A stretch of DNA of 64,000 nt from Octopus vulgaris (Eukaryota), in assembly GCA_951406725.2 (NCBI GenBank), contig OX597815.1, positions 46,500,001 to 46,564,000 of the forward strand, written 5' to 3'. The translations under genes were made by a program, and so were the position numbers. This document shows, in pieces, positions 11,343-26,075 of this stretch; within the stretch, counting starts at the first letter, position 1, and every line of letters starts with the position of its first letter. Below the pieces are notes generated by a model that was given only the letters and a program-made list of their open reading frames with translations, did no database searches and was not told where the DNA came from.

Positions 11343-11798
11343 CATACGTATTGTCTCTTTTTTGCCAAAAAGATAAAAAGAACAAAAAATACAATCAATT
11401 ATAGTTCGAGTAAACATTTACCATTTCAAATAACCAACTGAACTCATCTAAATTCGAGGCTGCTTCCTTTCTTTTGCTTTCTATTTCTTCTTACTTTCTT
11501 GTTCTTCCTGTAGTTTATTTATTGCCTTTCGTTCTCTTCATCTTTTCTTTACTTTCGTATTTTGATATGTGTGTCTGTGTTTTGACTGCCTTTTTCTTTC
11601 GTTTGTCCACTCACTTGTGTATGTATGTATGTATGTATGTATATGCACAAATGAGTGGACAAACGAAAGAAAAAGGCACCCAAAACATTTAGTAGGAGTT
11701 ATGTTAAAACAGTTTGATTCGGCTCTATGCGCGGTCCTCTAACACAACCCCGTCTCTTTTAGGTTTTAGATTACATTAATATTTATATATAAGCAAAC

Positions 11799-11845
<47 letters not shown>

Positions 11846-11849
11846 CATA

Positions 11850-12069
11850 CAGTAATCCCTTGCCATATCACGGTTCACCTATCGCGGTTTAGAATTTATG
11901 CTTAAGTCGATTCCTCTGTGGTGTTGTTTTGCATTTATAAAATAATACATATATACAAATTATAAAAAAGATAAAAAATATACAGTACTATACTGTTTCT
12001 ACTTCGCGGATTTTCACCTAACGCGGGGCATTTTGGAATGTAACACTTGTGATAGTCGAAGGATTACTG
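11850..12069. mobile_element. Tc1/mariner-pogo (Tigger-like) MITE
   Basis: TA|CAGTAATCCCT...AGGATTACTG terminal inverted repeats, with internal CACCTATCGCGG-like subterminal repeats. Confidence 0.7.
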
Positions 12070-12248
12070 CGTATATGTATCTTGAGTATAACCAACCGAA
12101 ATTGCAAAGATAATGTGGAACGCGACTGAGGAAAGAAAACTCCGAATGGCCCGTCCTTGTTTTCTTTGTATCGTCTATCTGGATGTTTTGTTGTCCCTTT
12201 TTTGTATCACCTAATTGTCTGAATATTTTGCGTTCTTGTCTTATCTTG

Positions 12249-12279
<31 letters not shown>

Positions 12280-12469
12280 CTCTTATATTCTTTTACTTGT
12301 TTCAGTCATTTGACTGCGTCCATACTGGAGCATCGCCTTAAAGGGTACTTAGTCGAAGAAATCGACACCAGGATTTTGTAATCCTAGAATTTATTCTATT
12401 GGTCTCTTTTGCCGAACTACTAAGTTATGGGGGCATAAACACACCACCATCGGTTGTCAAAAGCCCGTC

Positions 12470-12566
<97 letters not shown>

Positions 12567-12946
12567 AGTGTGCCTGTGATTGCTCCCCACCACTATCGCT
12601 TGACAACCGATGTTGGTGTGTTTACGTCTTCGCATCCTAGAAGTTCGGCAAAAGACTGATTGAATAAGTCCTGGGGTCTATTTGTTCGACTAAATGACTG
12701 AAACGAATAAAAGAATATATATATATATATTCTTTTATTCTTTTAATGTTACTTGTTCAGTTATTTCACTGTAGCTATGCTGGAGCACCGGCATTAGTCG
12801 AACAAATCGACCCCAGGACTTATTCTTTGTAAGCCTAGTACTTATTCCTGTGCCGAACCGCTAAGTTACGGGGACGTAAACACACCAATACTGGTTGTCA
12901 AGCGATGGTGGGGGGGGTCAAACACAGACACACAAACATATACATA

Positions 12947-13001
<55 letters not shown>

Positions 13002-13134
13002 CAAAAATGGGACAAGAACGCAAAACATCCACACTGTTAGGTGAAACAAAAAAGGGGCAATATAACCAACTTTTCCTTCCCTTTGAAGTTGTTGGCTTCT
13101 TACCAAAACATTCGAAAAATTTTTTTAATAATAC

Positions 13135-13810
13135 TAAGGCAACAAACTGGTATAATCGTTACCACACCGCACAAAATGCTTGGTAGCTTTTGGTCTGTCT
13201 TCACATTCTGAGTTCAAATTCCGCCGAGAACGACTTTGACATTCATCCTTTTGGAGTTGATAAAATAAGTACCAGTTGAGTACTGGTGTCAAGGCAACCT
13301 CCTCAACCGAAATTGCTGGTCCTGTGCCAAAATTGGAAGTCAATATAAATATTAACGCGGCGAGCTGGAAGAATCGTTAGCACACCGGACGAAATGATTA
13401 GCGGCATTTCGTCTGACTCTACGCTCTGAGTTCAAATTCCGCCGAGGTCGAATTTGCCTTTCATCCTTTCTGAGTCGGTAAAATAAGTACCAGTGAAACA
13501 CTGGAGTCGATGTAATCGACTAGCCCCCTCTCCCCAAAATTTCAGGCCTTGTGCCTATAGTAGAAAGGATTATTGTTGTTATCAGGATGATGATGAAGAC
13601 CAGAAGCTGGCAGAACTGTTACCGCGCCGGAAAAATGCTTAACGGCATTTCATCCGGCTCTACATTCTGAGTTCAAGTTCCGCCGAGGCTGACTTTGCCT
13701 TTCATCCTTTCGGGGACAATTAAATGAAAACCAGTTGAATACTGAGGTCAATTTAATCGACTTATCTCCTCATCCAAAATGCTGGCCTCGTGTCAAAATT
13801 TGAAATCATC
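13135..13810 (+). mobile_element. Three tandem tRNA-derived SINEs (family B, Nin/Deu-like central domain)
   Basis: Repeated GAGTTCAAATTCCGCCGAG (B box) plus GCCTTTCATCCTTTCGGGGTCGATAAAATAAGTACCAG. Further copies at about 4275-4490, 18810-18975, 26076-26307, 32955-33168, 33465-33845, 40430-40635, 45460-45660, 53610-54020 and 58235-58445. Confidence 0.85.
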
Positions 13811-14809
13811 ATCATCATCATCATTATTATTGATTCTCATTTTATTTGGAAGCATTCAAATTAATTTTGTGTTTAGAAAATCATAAAGGTCACAAGTTAG
13901 CACTTTCTTATTAATAGAACTCTTAGATTTCCTTCCTATACAAACTACAATGGACGTCCATTTTTCTTTATGTCAGTTCGTTTTAATATCTCGTTTTTTG
14001 TTTGTTGGTTTGTTTTTTTCAGCATACATGTGTATTCGTAAATGAAATTACATACGTATATTCATACTTACATACATTTATATGTAAGTGTATGCGCGTG
14101 TGTGTGTCTATGTGTGTGAATGTGAATGTGAATGTGAATGGGAATGTGTGAGTATGTGTGCATATTGTATGCCAGCTAAAATGAATAAATTTATGCGTGC
14201 GGGTGTGTATCTGCTTAATTGAATAAGTGTATATTTGCGCGTAGTATTTGTACGTGTGTCAGTGTAGCTGTCTACATACATATGATGTGCGTAGATATTT
14301 TCAATCGGATTTTTCTCATGCAGTCGTTGTATATCCTCTCTTTTCTTCTCTCGTACTGTACACGTTCTTCTTCACTGCCTACTTCCATATCTTTTCCAAT
14401 TCCTTTCGTGCATATATGTGTGTATGTGCGTAAACTCGTACGTATGCCTGTGTATGACGTTATGTGTGTCTGTGTGTAACTACGTGAGACTTACTTATAT
14501 AAGTGGTTCTATGTTTCTAGATAGTTCTTAGAAGCCATTTTTTTAAAAACATTTACTGAAATTATTATATGATGTACTCGTTATTTCAAGAATCTATTTT
14601 TAGTTGTTAGCAATAATAAATCACGAAGTGCTATGTTGTTTGGTGGCTATTAGAGCAGAGAAGGGGGATTAAAAATGTACAAGAGGTACGTACGTACATA
14701 CATACATACATACATAAATTTACGTATATAAAGTGTATTGGTATGTATAGTTGTATACACGAACTCCTACATGTACGTGTGTGTTTATACTCGTATATTT
14801 TATCATTTC

Positions 14810-15013
14810 TCTGCTTCAATTATTAGACTGCAGCCAAGCTGGGGCACCGCCACGATGGGTTAGTCGAACAGATCGACACCAGCACGTATTATTTTAAAGC
14901 ATGGTGCTCATTTTTTTAATATTCTTATTGGGGAACAGGGACGTAAACAAACCAACACTGGTTCTTAAGCGGAGGTAGGAGACAAACACAATAGCGCGCA
15001 AACACATATGATA

Positions 15014-15047
<34 letters not shown>

Positions 15048-15205
15048 GACGGGCTTCTTTCAGTTTCCGTCTACCAAATCCACTTACAAGACTTTGGTCG
15101 GCCCGAGGCTATAGTAGAAGACACTTGCTCAAGGTGCCACGCAGTGGAACTGAACCCGGAACCATGTGGTTGGTAAGCAAGCTACGTACCACACATCCAC
15201 TCCTG
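14810..15205 (-). mobile_element. SINE family A copy
   Basis: Reverse complement of the family A head, core and tail. Confidence 0.85.
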
Positions 15206-16117
15206 ATATATGGATTGCTTTATATATCTGTGTGTAAAATGTAGGTAAGTGCATTCATCTGCATGAAAGCATATATACATATACGTGTTTGAGCGTAACC
15301 GAAGGCTGTTGAATGTACTTTTCTACAAGATATTGGTGTCACATCTCTCTACACAAGTACTTTTCTACATCTGAATGTATCCATCTGCCTACATGTGCAT
15401 GTGTTTATACACGACAACATGTATATGCAAGTGTCAGACTGATGTATGTATTTTTATGAATATACAGTATAGTTGTTCGGAAGCCATATTCTGTGGTGTG
15501 TCTAATGGAATAGATGTACGAGGTCACGCAGGTTAATTCGGAATTAATTTTTTATTCGTCGAAGCAGAGTAACCTTCGATATGATTTAATATGTTTCTCG
15601 ATTCTTCATTTACTTTTCTAGGTAATGGAATCGATTATTTTCCTCCGGAAAAAAAAAATACTTATCTTCCATCAAATTTCTAATGTAGTATTATTTCACC
15701 ATAGAAGAAGGAAAAGAATGTTAGATTTTTGAAGCAAATAGATTAGCTTGCAAACTAACTGTGACTGTAACTTGATAAATAACTAGGAATATATATATAT
15801 ATATGAATTACATATATATACAAGTATATGTTTGTATGTATGTATAGGTGTGTGTGTATGTACACATACAGGGAGAGAGAGAGGGGGGAGAAAGAGAAAG
15901 AGAAAGAGAGAAAGAGAGTTAGAGGCAAGTAGATAGATTGAGAGATTGGTAAGAAGGTTACTAGCTAGGTATGTAGGTTGTTAAACAAATATAGTAATTA
16001 GCCAGCTAGCCATATACCTAGTTAGTAAGTCAGTCAGTTAGTTAGTTAGTTAGCTAGTTAGTTAGATAGATAGATACATAGACAGACAGACAGATAGATA
16101 GATAAATATATATATAT

Positions 16118-16193
<76 letters not shown>

Positions 16194-16196
16194 CCG

Positions 16197-16255
<59 letters not shown>

Positions 16256-16517
16256 TGTATTCATGCTTACATATATGTTCGGAATATATGTGCATATAGA
16301 AATGTAAGAAGTTCACATTTTCCAGGAAAACATCCATGGTCATGTTCCAAATATAGCAGATGTATATGCAAGCATATTTGCTTGGCTAGCTATTACATGA
16401 ACAACAACTGTGGCTAAACGTCCACTAGGAAAATAACTATGCCAATAGCTTAGAGAGATATTATATATAAATGCTACCAAGTTGTTCGGCGTAGTTAGGG
16501 ACGGATAAATAGGGGAT

Positions 16518-16649
<132 letters not shown>

Positions 16650-16654
16650 GTAGG

Positions 16655-16773
<119 letters not shown>

Positions 16774-17612
16774 GTATGAAAAGGAAGAATTTGGTGGTGT
16801 GCCAAAACGTAGTTTATAAACAGAAAATCTGAAGGACGTTTACCTTTCATGAAAAGCTGACTTCTAAAAAATATGAAAAGACGAAACAGAATTCAAAGAA
16901 ATTAATTGTGATCTACTTGAGCAACCTTTCCTAACCCGATCGCCAATCCTACTCAAATGCTAAAAGTTGCTTGGGGTCAGGTTCTGTGTCGAATTCTCAA
17001 CAGAAGGAAAATGAAAATTCGAAGGTCCTACTTCATTCATTTTCCGCTAGCTCCGCTTGCGGTAGAATGTGCACTAATACAAGATTGCCATCTTCATAGT
17101 ATGAATCTATATTATTGGACATACCTCATATTAGACATACCTCATATCAGCTATATTTTCCCGTGCTGGCTAGGAACATGATGGAAGAAGAAATCAATGT
17201 TAACTCATTTTATTCCCCACCATTTTTTTACTGGGACTGGGGTTTGTCAAGGGCTCTAGGCCTCATAAGGCCAGACCCTAACCCGGTTTCCACGGCGGCG
17301 TATAAGTGACGGAGATTGCAACACTCCCTTCTGAATGGGATGACGGCCCGTCGCAGGGTCAACTTCCCGTTAATTGCTGGAAACTCATTTACTAGATCAA
17401 CGTGAAATGAAGTGTTTTTTGCACAAGAACACAACGCATCGCCTGATCTAGGAATCGAAACCACGACCTTACGATCATGAGTGCAATTCCCTAAACATTA
17501 GTCAACGTGCTTTCACGAATTTTATAGGACAAAATATAATCGTGGTAATGAAGTCGGTTCTCCAGCTTAGCTTTGTCTGTGATGTTTAAATCTACACTAA
17601 AGAATATGCATG

Positions 17613-17681
<69 letters not shown>

Positions 17682-19720
17682 GGCCAGGGATAAGTCTAAA
17701 CTGGTACATACGTTAACAACCCTGAAAGTATGAAAGTCAAAGTCACCCAGGTAGTATTTGAACACAGAAGGTAAAATCGGAAGAAATGCCGCTAAGCATT
17801 TTTCTACAACGCAGAAACTGTTCTAACAACTCGCCGCTTTACCATCTTTAGTAATATGTTAACATAGTTAAGGCAGCGACTTTGTCTTTCATTTTATTTA
17901 TTTATTTATTTATTTTTGGTTGGGGTCAATAAAATAAGAACCCCAGTCAAGTACTGGGGTTGATGTAATCGATTTTCCCTTCCTTCTAAATTTCAGGCCT
18001 TGTGCCCTAAGCAGAAAGGAATATTATTATTAATTCTGTTAACAATGAGTAAATTTTTAAAGAGGGATGCAATAGGGCTTGTGGATTGCATTTACTTCAG
18101 TGTTCAACTGGTGCTCAACAGATGAAAGGCAAAGTCGACCTCGACCTAATTTGAACTCAGAACGTGAACATTTTGCCTGGCGTGCTAACGGCTCTGCCAG
18201 CTAGCTTTGCTTCTCAACCACATAGTTCCGGGTTTAGTCTCACTGCCTGGCAACTTGGACAAGTGTCTTCTTCTATAGTGTCGGGCTATAGAAGATAACA
18301 GTGCAATATAATTTTTATGCTTGTGTAGCAACTGTTATTTCATATTTGCTAACCCTTAAAATGTATGAAAATGGGTTAATATTTCCTTCAAACTTGACTT
18401 TTGTTACATTTATTCAAACACCAAAGAATCCCTCTCAACATATGGCTATGATGATCTCCCACTACTCCTGCTCACGGTCAGAGATGCACATATTGTCCGC
18501 CACCAAGGGACATGCTCAAGTGGTTAAAATCAAGCAACTGTCAAGTAAATCTGTGGTACTGAGCAGAATATTTGCTATAACGATATTTCTACATGTGCCA
18601 CCTAGCGCGGAATTTGTCTGAAAAGGTTATGGAAAATAAGTCAGTTTCAAAACATTGATGTCCAGATCACTGAAGCAAAGTTCGAAGGGAATAGTAGTTA
18701 TTTCCTTTGATTTCTAGACAGAAGCAAATGGGAAATAACACTTACTGACATTTGCTACACAGTGAAAGAACACTTGTTACACAGAGTAATTTGTTTACTA
18801 AATTCTCTGAACAAGCGCCACCGAATTTACGCTCCGAGTTCAAATGTCGTCGCAATCGTCTTTGCTTTTCTTTTTTTCGGGGTCGATAAAAAAATACCGG
18901 TCAAGTACTTGGGTCAATGTAACCATTTAACGTCCCCACTCAAAATTTCAGGTCTTGTGCCTATTGCAGAAAGAATATCAAGATAGGTATGTTGGCATGC
19001 GGGTATCTGTGCGCGTGTGGATGTGTGCTAGAATATATTTTACATAATAATGAAGAGGTAATGCAATAAACAGCAGTAAATATATTTTACTACATAAACA
19101 TTGAGGAGAGAGAGAAAGGGTGAGATAGAGAGGGAGAGGGAAAGAGAATGGGAGAGAAAGGGTGTGTGTGTATGTGTGTGTGTGTGTGTGTATGTGTGTG
19201 TGTGTGTGATTCAGATCAGTTGTTTATAAGTTGTAACCCTCGGGGGTCGTATAAATATTGTTTGGGGTCACGGAATAAACATGGAGGAGACTAAAAGTTG
19301 TTTGCTTTGTTTATTAGAGCATTTGGTCTGTGTATATATAAAAAAAGATACCCTCAAAATATACACGAAAGAATATTTTTCTATAAGAAATATAGAATGC
19401 AAGTATGGAAGGAAAACTGAACAAGAACAGAATAATTTGACAGATTGCTCTTTACCTTCTCTTTTCCTAATTCTTTTTTCTTTTACTTGTTTCAGTCATC
19501 GGACTGCGGTCATCATAAGACACCGAATAGAAGGATTTATTAGAAAAAATCGAGCCCAGTACTTTTCTTCCAGTCTGGTGTTCATTCTATCGGCATCTTA
19601 GCAGAACAGTTAAGTTCCAGAAACAAACCAACACCGGTAGTGAACTAGTATTGTGATACCAATGGTGAACATAAAGACACAAATACATAATACATATATG
19701 CATATGTGTATATATGTGTG

Positions 19721-19770
<50 letters not shown>

Positions 19771-20122
19771 AGGTTTATTCTCACGCAGGAAAAAAATATA
19801 GGAGAATCTGTTTTTGAAAATGCACCTGAATTTGAAAAAAAGTATAATTGTTTTTATATAGATTTTATTCACATTCCAAACTAGTTTCAACTATTTTTCT
19901 TTTTTTTTTTGCTTATCAATGGTACAAATGTATATGAACAATAGGATTATAACAGAGTTTAAAATTGCGAATTAGAAATCGAACAAACATGTTTATGTTC
20001 CCCTAAAATTCAAAAAGTTTCACGGTGATAGATACTACCAAAGTAAATGTTCAGCGAAGAATGTAATAAATGTACATTTCTAAGAGTTCGGTCATATTGA
20101 GATTTTATTGAATATGTGGACA

Positions 20123-20268
20123 AGAGAGAGAAAAGAAATGGGGAAGAGAGTAAAAAAAAGGAGGCTTTTTTTTACAGTTTCTCTCGTCGTGCGTGTAGTA
20201 AATGTATACATACATACATACATACATACATACATACACACATACATACATGCATACACACATGCATG

Positions 20269-20325
<57 letters not shown>

Positions 20326-20459
20326 GTGTGCATGCATGTATGTATGTATGTATGTATGTGTGTATGTATGTATGTATACATTTACTACACGCACGACGAG
20401 AGAAACTGTAAAAAAAGCCTCCTTTTTTTTACTCTCTTCCCCATTTCTTTTCTCTCTCT
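20123..20459. repeat. Near-perfect ~337-bp palindrome centred on a (TA)n/(TACA)n microsatellite
   Basis: AGAGAGAGAAAAGAAATGGGG...TAGTAAATG arm and its reverse complement. Confidence 0.95.
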
Positions 20460-20885
20460 ATATATATATATGTATATGTAAAACTCAACTTGTGTGTCTG
20501 TGTGTATATCTGTGTGTGTGTCTGTGAGTTTAATTTCCCGGCACATATCCACATAGCCAACAAATTGTAGAACCACCAAAAATGGGCCACTTAAAAGTTT
20601 AGGCGAATGAAAATTGAACTGCGCTATTTCTGTTCCGAAATTCATCTCGCAAGTGCAAACATTAATAATGTGTTTATTTAGGCCTTTACTCAGTCAGCTG
20701 TTTGACGTGAACTGTGTTCACCACGCGTGCAAGCATGCGTAAATTGCATGAAAAATTAAAAAAATCAAGATATAAAAACGAATCGCCGTAAACATTGTAG
20801 AAATTCGGCAAAGAAATTAATTTTCGGGATGTAGCCTGGAGGGTTTTTTCGTATTAATATATATATATATCATCATATATATATG

Positions 20886-20972
<87 letters not shown>

Positions 20973-21206
20973 ATATGATAGAAGAAGGCTAACTCTTACT
21001 TCCGTAGAAGAAAAAATTCAAATCGGACCATGTTAACACCAAAAATTATTTACATAAAAAATGGTGCCTTTTTTCTATGAAAATCTCTATTTTTTACGAT
21101 GTTTTGACTGCTGTGTCACCATTTTTCGGTGTATTTCATTTAAAGAGAATAACAAGCTACATACTGCCAAATTTTTACTTTTCAAAAATTCCAATTCTAA
21201 AGGGTC

Positions 21207-21252
<46 letters not shown>

Positions 21253-21346
21253 CATATATATAACCATGCGTTTATACATAAATACACACACACATATATG
21301 TATGTATGTATGTATATATATATATATATATAATATATATATATAC

Positions 21347-21391
<45 letters not shown>

Positions 21392-21419
21392 CTTACACAC
21401 ACATATATATATATATATA

Positions 21420-21690
21420 TAAATGGAACAAAACGCAATAGAGGACATTAAAGCATTCGGACAGATGGACGATATAAAGGCGGACATGAGAAACAACAAT
21501 TAGAAGGCGAAGCAACAAAAAAAAAAACGGGTCATTAATGGCTTTTTCCTCAGTCAAGTACCAGAAGTCACGGCCATTTCGGGCAGTTACACTTGAGATG
21601 GTTTGATCTGGTTGCCCCCCCCCCACCCCAAAAGCCTAAGCTAGGAGCATTAGATCTCTTTATAAGAAAGCTAGCGACTGTGTACGGCAA
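21420..21690 (-). mobile_element. (TA)n-associated repeat family with a CTGAKGA motif
   Basis: Homologous to 49057-49310 (+), 49372-49482 (-) and, more distantly, 12078-12255 (+). Confidence 0.65.
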
Positions 21691-21871
21691 CAAAAACAAA
21701 AAAATTAACAAACAAACAAAAAAAAAACGGAGAACACGGTGCACAATTACGAATATAAACAAGAAACAACAAAGGGTATATTTCAATTGAGAATCAAATT
21801 GAGCTGGCGTGTATGAAATGAAAGCCTAAAGGCAGGAACATAGGGTATGGACTTAAGAGGTGTTGGCGATG

Positions 21872-21904
<33 letters not shown>

Positions 21905-21911
21905 ATATATA

Positions 21912-23147
21912 TTGGGTCATCCCATAAAAAATGCGGTTTTTTATACTTCCTTTATTTTTTAAAGTTAAGATGAACAAATTTTAGATCTTTTCAAATCTAA
22001 AATATGCTCTCCTTCATTTTTCACAATGCTCTTCCATCAATCTGGAAGGCTCCTCTTCCAAAATTCACTTGTACGTGACGTAAACTACTCTCCAGTACTG
22101 TTCTGATCTCGTCTACAGAATTCATATTTTTTCCGGCCAAATGATTTTGAAGGCTGCAGAATAAATGATAGTCAGATGGGGCAATGTCCGGTGAACATGG
22201 TGGGTAGAGTATCGTTTCCTATTCAAACTGCTCCAGCTTTTGGAATTTCATCCACGCTGTAAGTGGTCGAGCATTATCCTGATGTAAGAACACCTTTCGT
22301 CTTGAACCAAAGATGGTCGCTTTTCTTCTAGTGCTGACTCAAACCGCTCAAGCTGCTCGCAGTAGATCTCCTTTGTTATCGTTTGGTTTGGGTTTAAAAG
22401 TTCAAATTGGATTAGCTCTTTCATATCCCACCAAACAGATAACAACACTTTACGTGGGTGAAGACCTTTTTAGCCTGGGGTGCCAGTGTTTCTCCTTTCC
22501 CTACCTACTGTTTTCGGCGCTTGACATTTTTATAGAGAAACCATTTCTTGTCACCATTCACTATTCGTGAGGCGTGACAGCAAAGAAGAGCACATATTTA
22601 CTCTCTGCGCATGATTAGGCTCGGAAAGTTTGTGAGGAACCCATTGACCTAATTTGCTGACTTTTCTGATGGCACGCAGGTTAGGGTTAAATCCAAATGT
22701 CACTGCTCGTTTCTCAATAATTACGATGGGGATTTTGTTCCATTAGAGTTTACAGGAGCTCCTCGTCGAGCAATACAGATCTTCCAGGGCAAGGCTCGTC
22801 TTCTATGCTGTAGTTTCCGGCTCTGAAATTCTGGAACCACCGTTGACACTGGCTGGATCTTTTCCTTTTGATAGACGGAATTTTCTAGTTAACTAAACAA
22901 TTTGAAACTTCGTATACTAGTAGAATGTGTCAAAAGAAAACATTATTGTAAACAAAATTAAACTTACAAATTACAATTTTGTTTTCAATTTGGTTTACAA
23001 TAATGTTTTCTTTTGACACATTCTATCAGTATACGAAGTTTCAAATTGTTTAGTTAACTAGAAAATTCCGTCCATCAAAAGAAAAAGATCCCACTGGCTT
23101 ACGCTTATTGTCCGATCCCCATATACTGCATTAATATTCCTTGCACT
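21912..23147 (-). pseudogene. Decayed mariner (DD34D) transposon
   Basis: Minus-strand fragments ARNINAVYGD..CQRWFQNFRAGNYS, LLSVWWDMKELIQFELL and SPDIAPSDYHLF; TIR-like TTGGGTCATCCCATA directly after TA. Confidence 0.88.
22855..23091. mobile_element. Palindromic MITE with GG...CC ends and an 8-bp TSD (Merlin- or MULE-like), nested in the mariner
   Basis: About 95-bp TIRs starting GGATCTTTT; TSD CACTGGCT at 22847-22854 and 23092-23099. Confidence 0.9.
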
Positions 23148-23191
23148 TATACATGCAAATGTATGTAAATATGCGTGTATATATGTATGTA

Positions 23192-23274
<83 letters not shown>

Positions 23275-24201
23275 ATCTATATCTATATCTATATGTGTGT
23301 GTGTGGGGGTGTATTTACACATACACACACAACAAACTTCTACACAGCTTCTCTCAACCAAATTCACTCATAAGATATTGGTCAGCTCGGAGCTATAATA
23401 AAGACACTTGGTCAAAGTATCGCACAGTGAGACTGAACCCGAAATCACGTGGTTGAGAAGCTTGCGTCCCAACCATGTCGTCTTGAGTTCAGACACATTG
23501 TGCGGTGCAGACGCGCTCGCGCGCGCACACACAGACTCGGAGAGAGAAAGAAAGGAGAGGGGAGAAAGTGTAAGAGAAGAGAAAGAAAGAAGCAGGCAGG
23601 TATGCAAGCAGAGACAAGTGAGAGACAAAGGCGGTATAGGGCCTGACAACAAAACACAAATAGTCCAAAAGGTCGAATAGATTTAACGCAGTGAATACGA
23701 CGTTTCGTGTTGAACCCTTCATCAACCTGCAACCGATAAAATTCTCTTCATTCATATGGAATAACAATTTATTCCACTGTCAGAATTAGTTCTATTACTA
23801 TTTGCCGACGCTTAACACTACTACTTTCCTCGGATTCTATTGTTTTAGGGCATTAATAAATCTCTCTTGCAGTTCTAGTAGAGCTGACCGCTATAAAAGT
23901 GGGCTGGGCAAATAAAAGCAATAATTAAATTTTGTTCAACCTATATCCGGGCAATCGCAAAAAAGAAAAAAAATATAGTCCTTTTAAAATGAAAAACTGA
24001 ACAGATTTTCTCATTTAGGACAGCGTTAAATAAGTAAATAAACATATAAATCAACTTCTGTTTCCTATGCGAACGGGAAATTAAACATTGCAATGTTCAT
24101 GTTTTTCAAAGAATATTTATTATTTCATTCGAAGTTCGAAACTGCGGAAATAACCTAGATTTTATTCACATGTAGTTATATAGCATTATTCATTTCTTCA
24201 G

Positions 24202-24254
<53 letters not shown>

Positions 24255-24664
24255 GCTTTTTCACTTTTTTTTTTGTTCTTTGACTATTCTACAGGTGTTG
24301 AGTGGAAATCCATGGGCGGAACTGCTATAGCAACCACACCTGCCTACATCTAATCGGTCTCTTTCCTATCAACCACGCATTCATTACTGTATCCACCATT
24401 CAGTGTCTAAGTTCAAACTACAAGTAAACGTTTGTGAATACAATGTGGCGGGGGCAAAGAAACCGAGATCAATAGCGTTTTAGAAGGCAATAAATTGAAG
24501 TCATTAAGTCAAAGTGGGCAGTAAATATCAGCGGGGCCGTTCTGTATTGTAAAAGAAACTCACGAATTATGTAGGAGTTGAGAGAGGGAAATGGACATTG
24601 AGCAAGAGAGAGAAACAGAGAGAAAGAAAGAGAGGAAGGGAGAAAGAGGGCGAGAGAGAAAGAG

Positions 24665-24715
<51 letters not shown>

Positions 24716-24859
24716 AGGGAAGGAAAAAATTCAAAGAGGGCATAGAGAGGGATATCAGTTAATGCATTCACTGAAGCGAATCTTTAAATCAGTCATGGCC
24801 AACTGATCGTTTTGAAGTGAATAACCAAGCAAAAAAACACCACACACACACATACACAG

Positions 24860-24890
<31 letters not shown>

Positions 24891-25336
24891 CACACATATG
24901 CATATGCAAACATCTATATACACGTAGGCCACAGGCAGAAAGTTAGGATGAGAGAATGGGAAATTCACAGAAGAGAAGATTAAACATGCGCACGCACACA
25001 AACATTCGCAGGCGCGTGCGCACGTTTATGGCAACAGAAATATAAGCAACTAGATATCCGCATGTCACTTGTGGGTCTCACATAAATACGCGTTTCTTTT
25101 TTTCTTTTTTATTTTCTTTTATTCGTTTCAGTCATTTTGACTGCGACCATGCTGGAGCACCGCCTTTAGTCGAACAAATCGACCCCAGGACTTATTCTTT
25201 GTAAGCCTAGTACTTATTCAATCGGTCTTTTTTGTCGACCCGTAAAGTTACGGAGACGTAAGCACACCAGGATCGGTTGTCAAGCGATGTTGGGGGAACA
25301 AACAGACACACAAACATATACATATACATACACACA

Positions 25337-25404
<68 letters not shown>

Positions 25405-25994
25405 TACATATGCATATATAAAGTTAATCCAAACAAGAAAACACAGAAAAAAACACAGTAACGCGAGGACGTGGAACAATTAAAGTATTATTTGACGCTC
25501 AGGAAAGAAGGGAAGGAGGGTTTAACGTTTCGACCGTGATCACCGTGACCGACCGGCTATCAGATGCTGCTACACCTCGCTGGTCACAATGCGCTTCGCA
25601 TTGTTTTAGTCTTCAAATGACGCCACCACGCTGGCTAAGTGAGTAGGCCAATATATATATATACGATGGGCTTCTTTCAGTTTCCGTCTACCAAATCCAC
25701 TCACAAGGCATTGGTCGGCTCGAGGCTATAGTAGAAGATACTTTGTTAAGCGATGGTAGGGGACAAACATAGACACAAAGGCGCGCGCAAACGCACACAA
25801 ACGCACACACATACATGCAAGTCACACTGCGGGTCACCTTGGGCAAGTGTCTAATACTATAGTCTCGTGTCAACCAAAGCGTTGTAAGTGGATTCGGTAG
25901 ACGAAAACTGAAAGAAGCCCGTCGTAAAATTCGACGCTGTTTACCAAAAACCATACACATACGCACACACTACGTACACACACATAGACACACA

Positions 25995-26075
<81 letters not shown>

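Noticed and set aside
13135-13810. Regularly repeated motifs resembling a CRISPR array or tRNA cluster
   Set aside because: They are diverged tandem SINE copies with no constant repeat-spacer structure, no cas genes and no complete cloverleaf.
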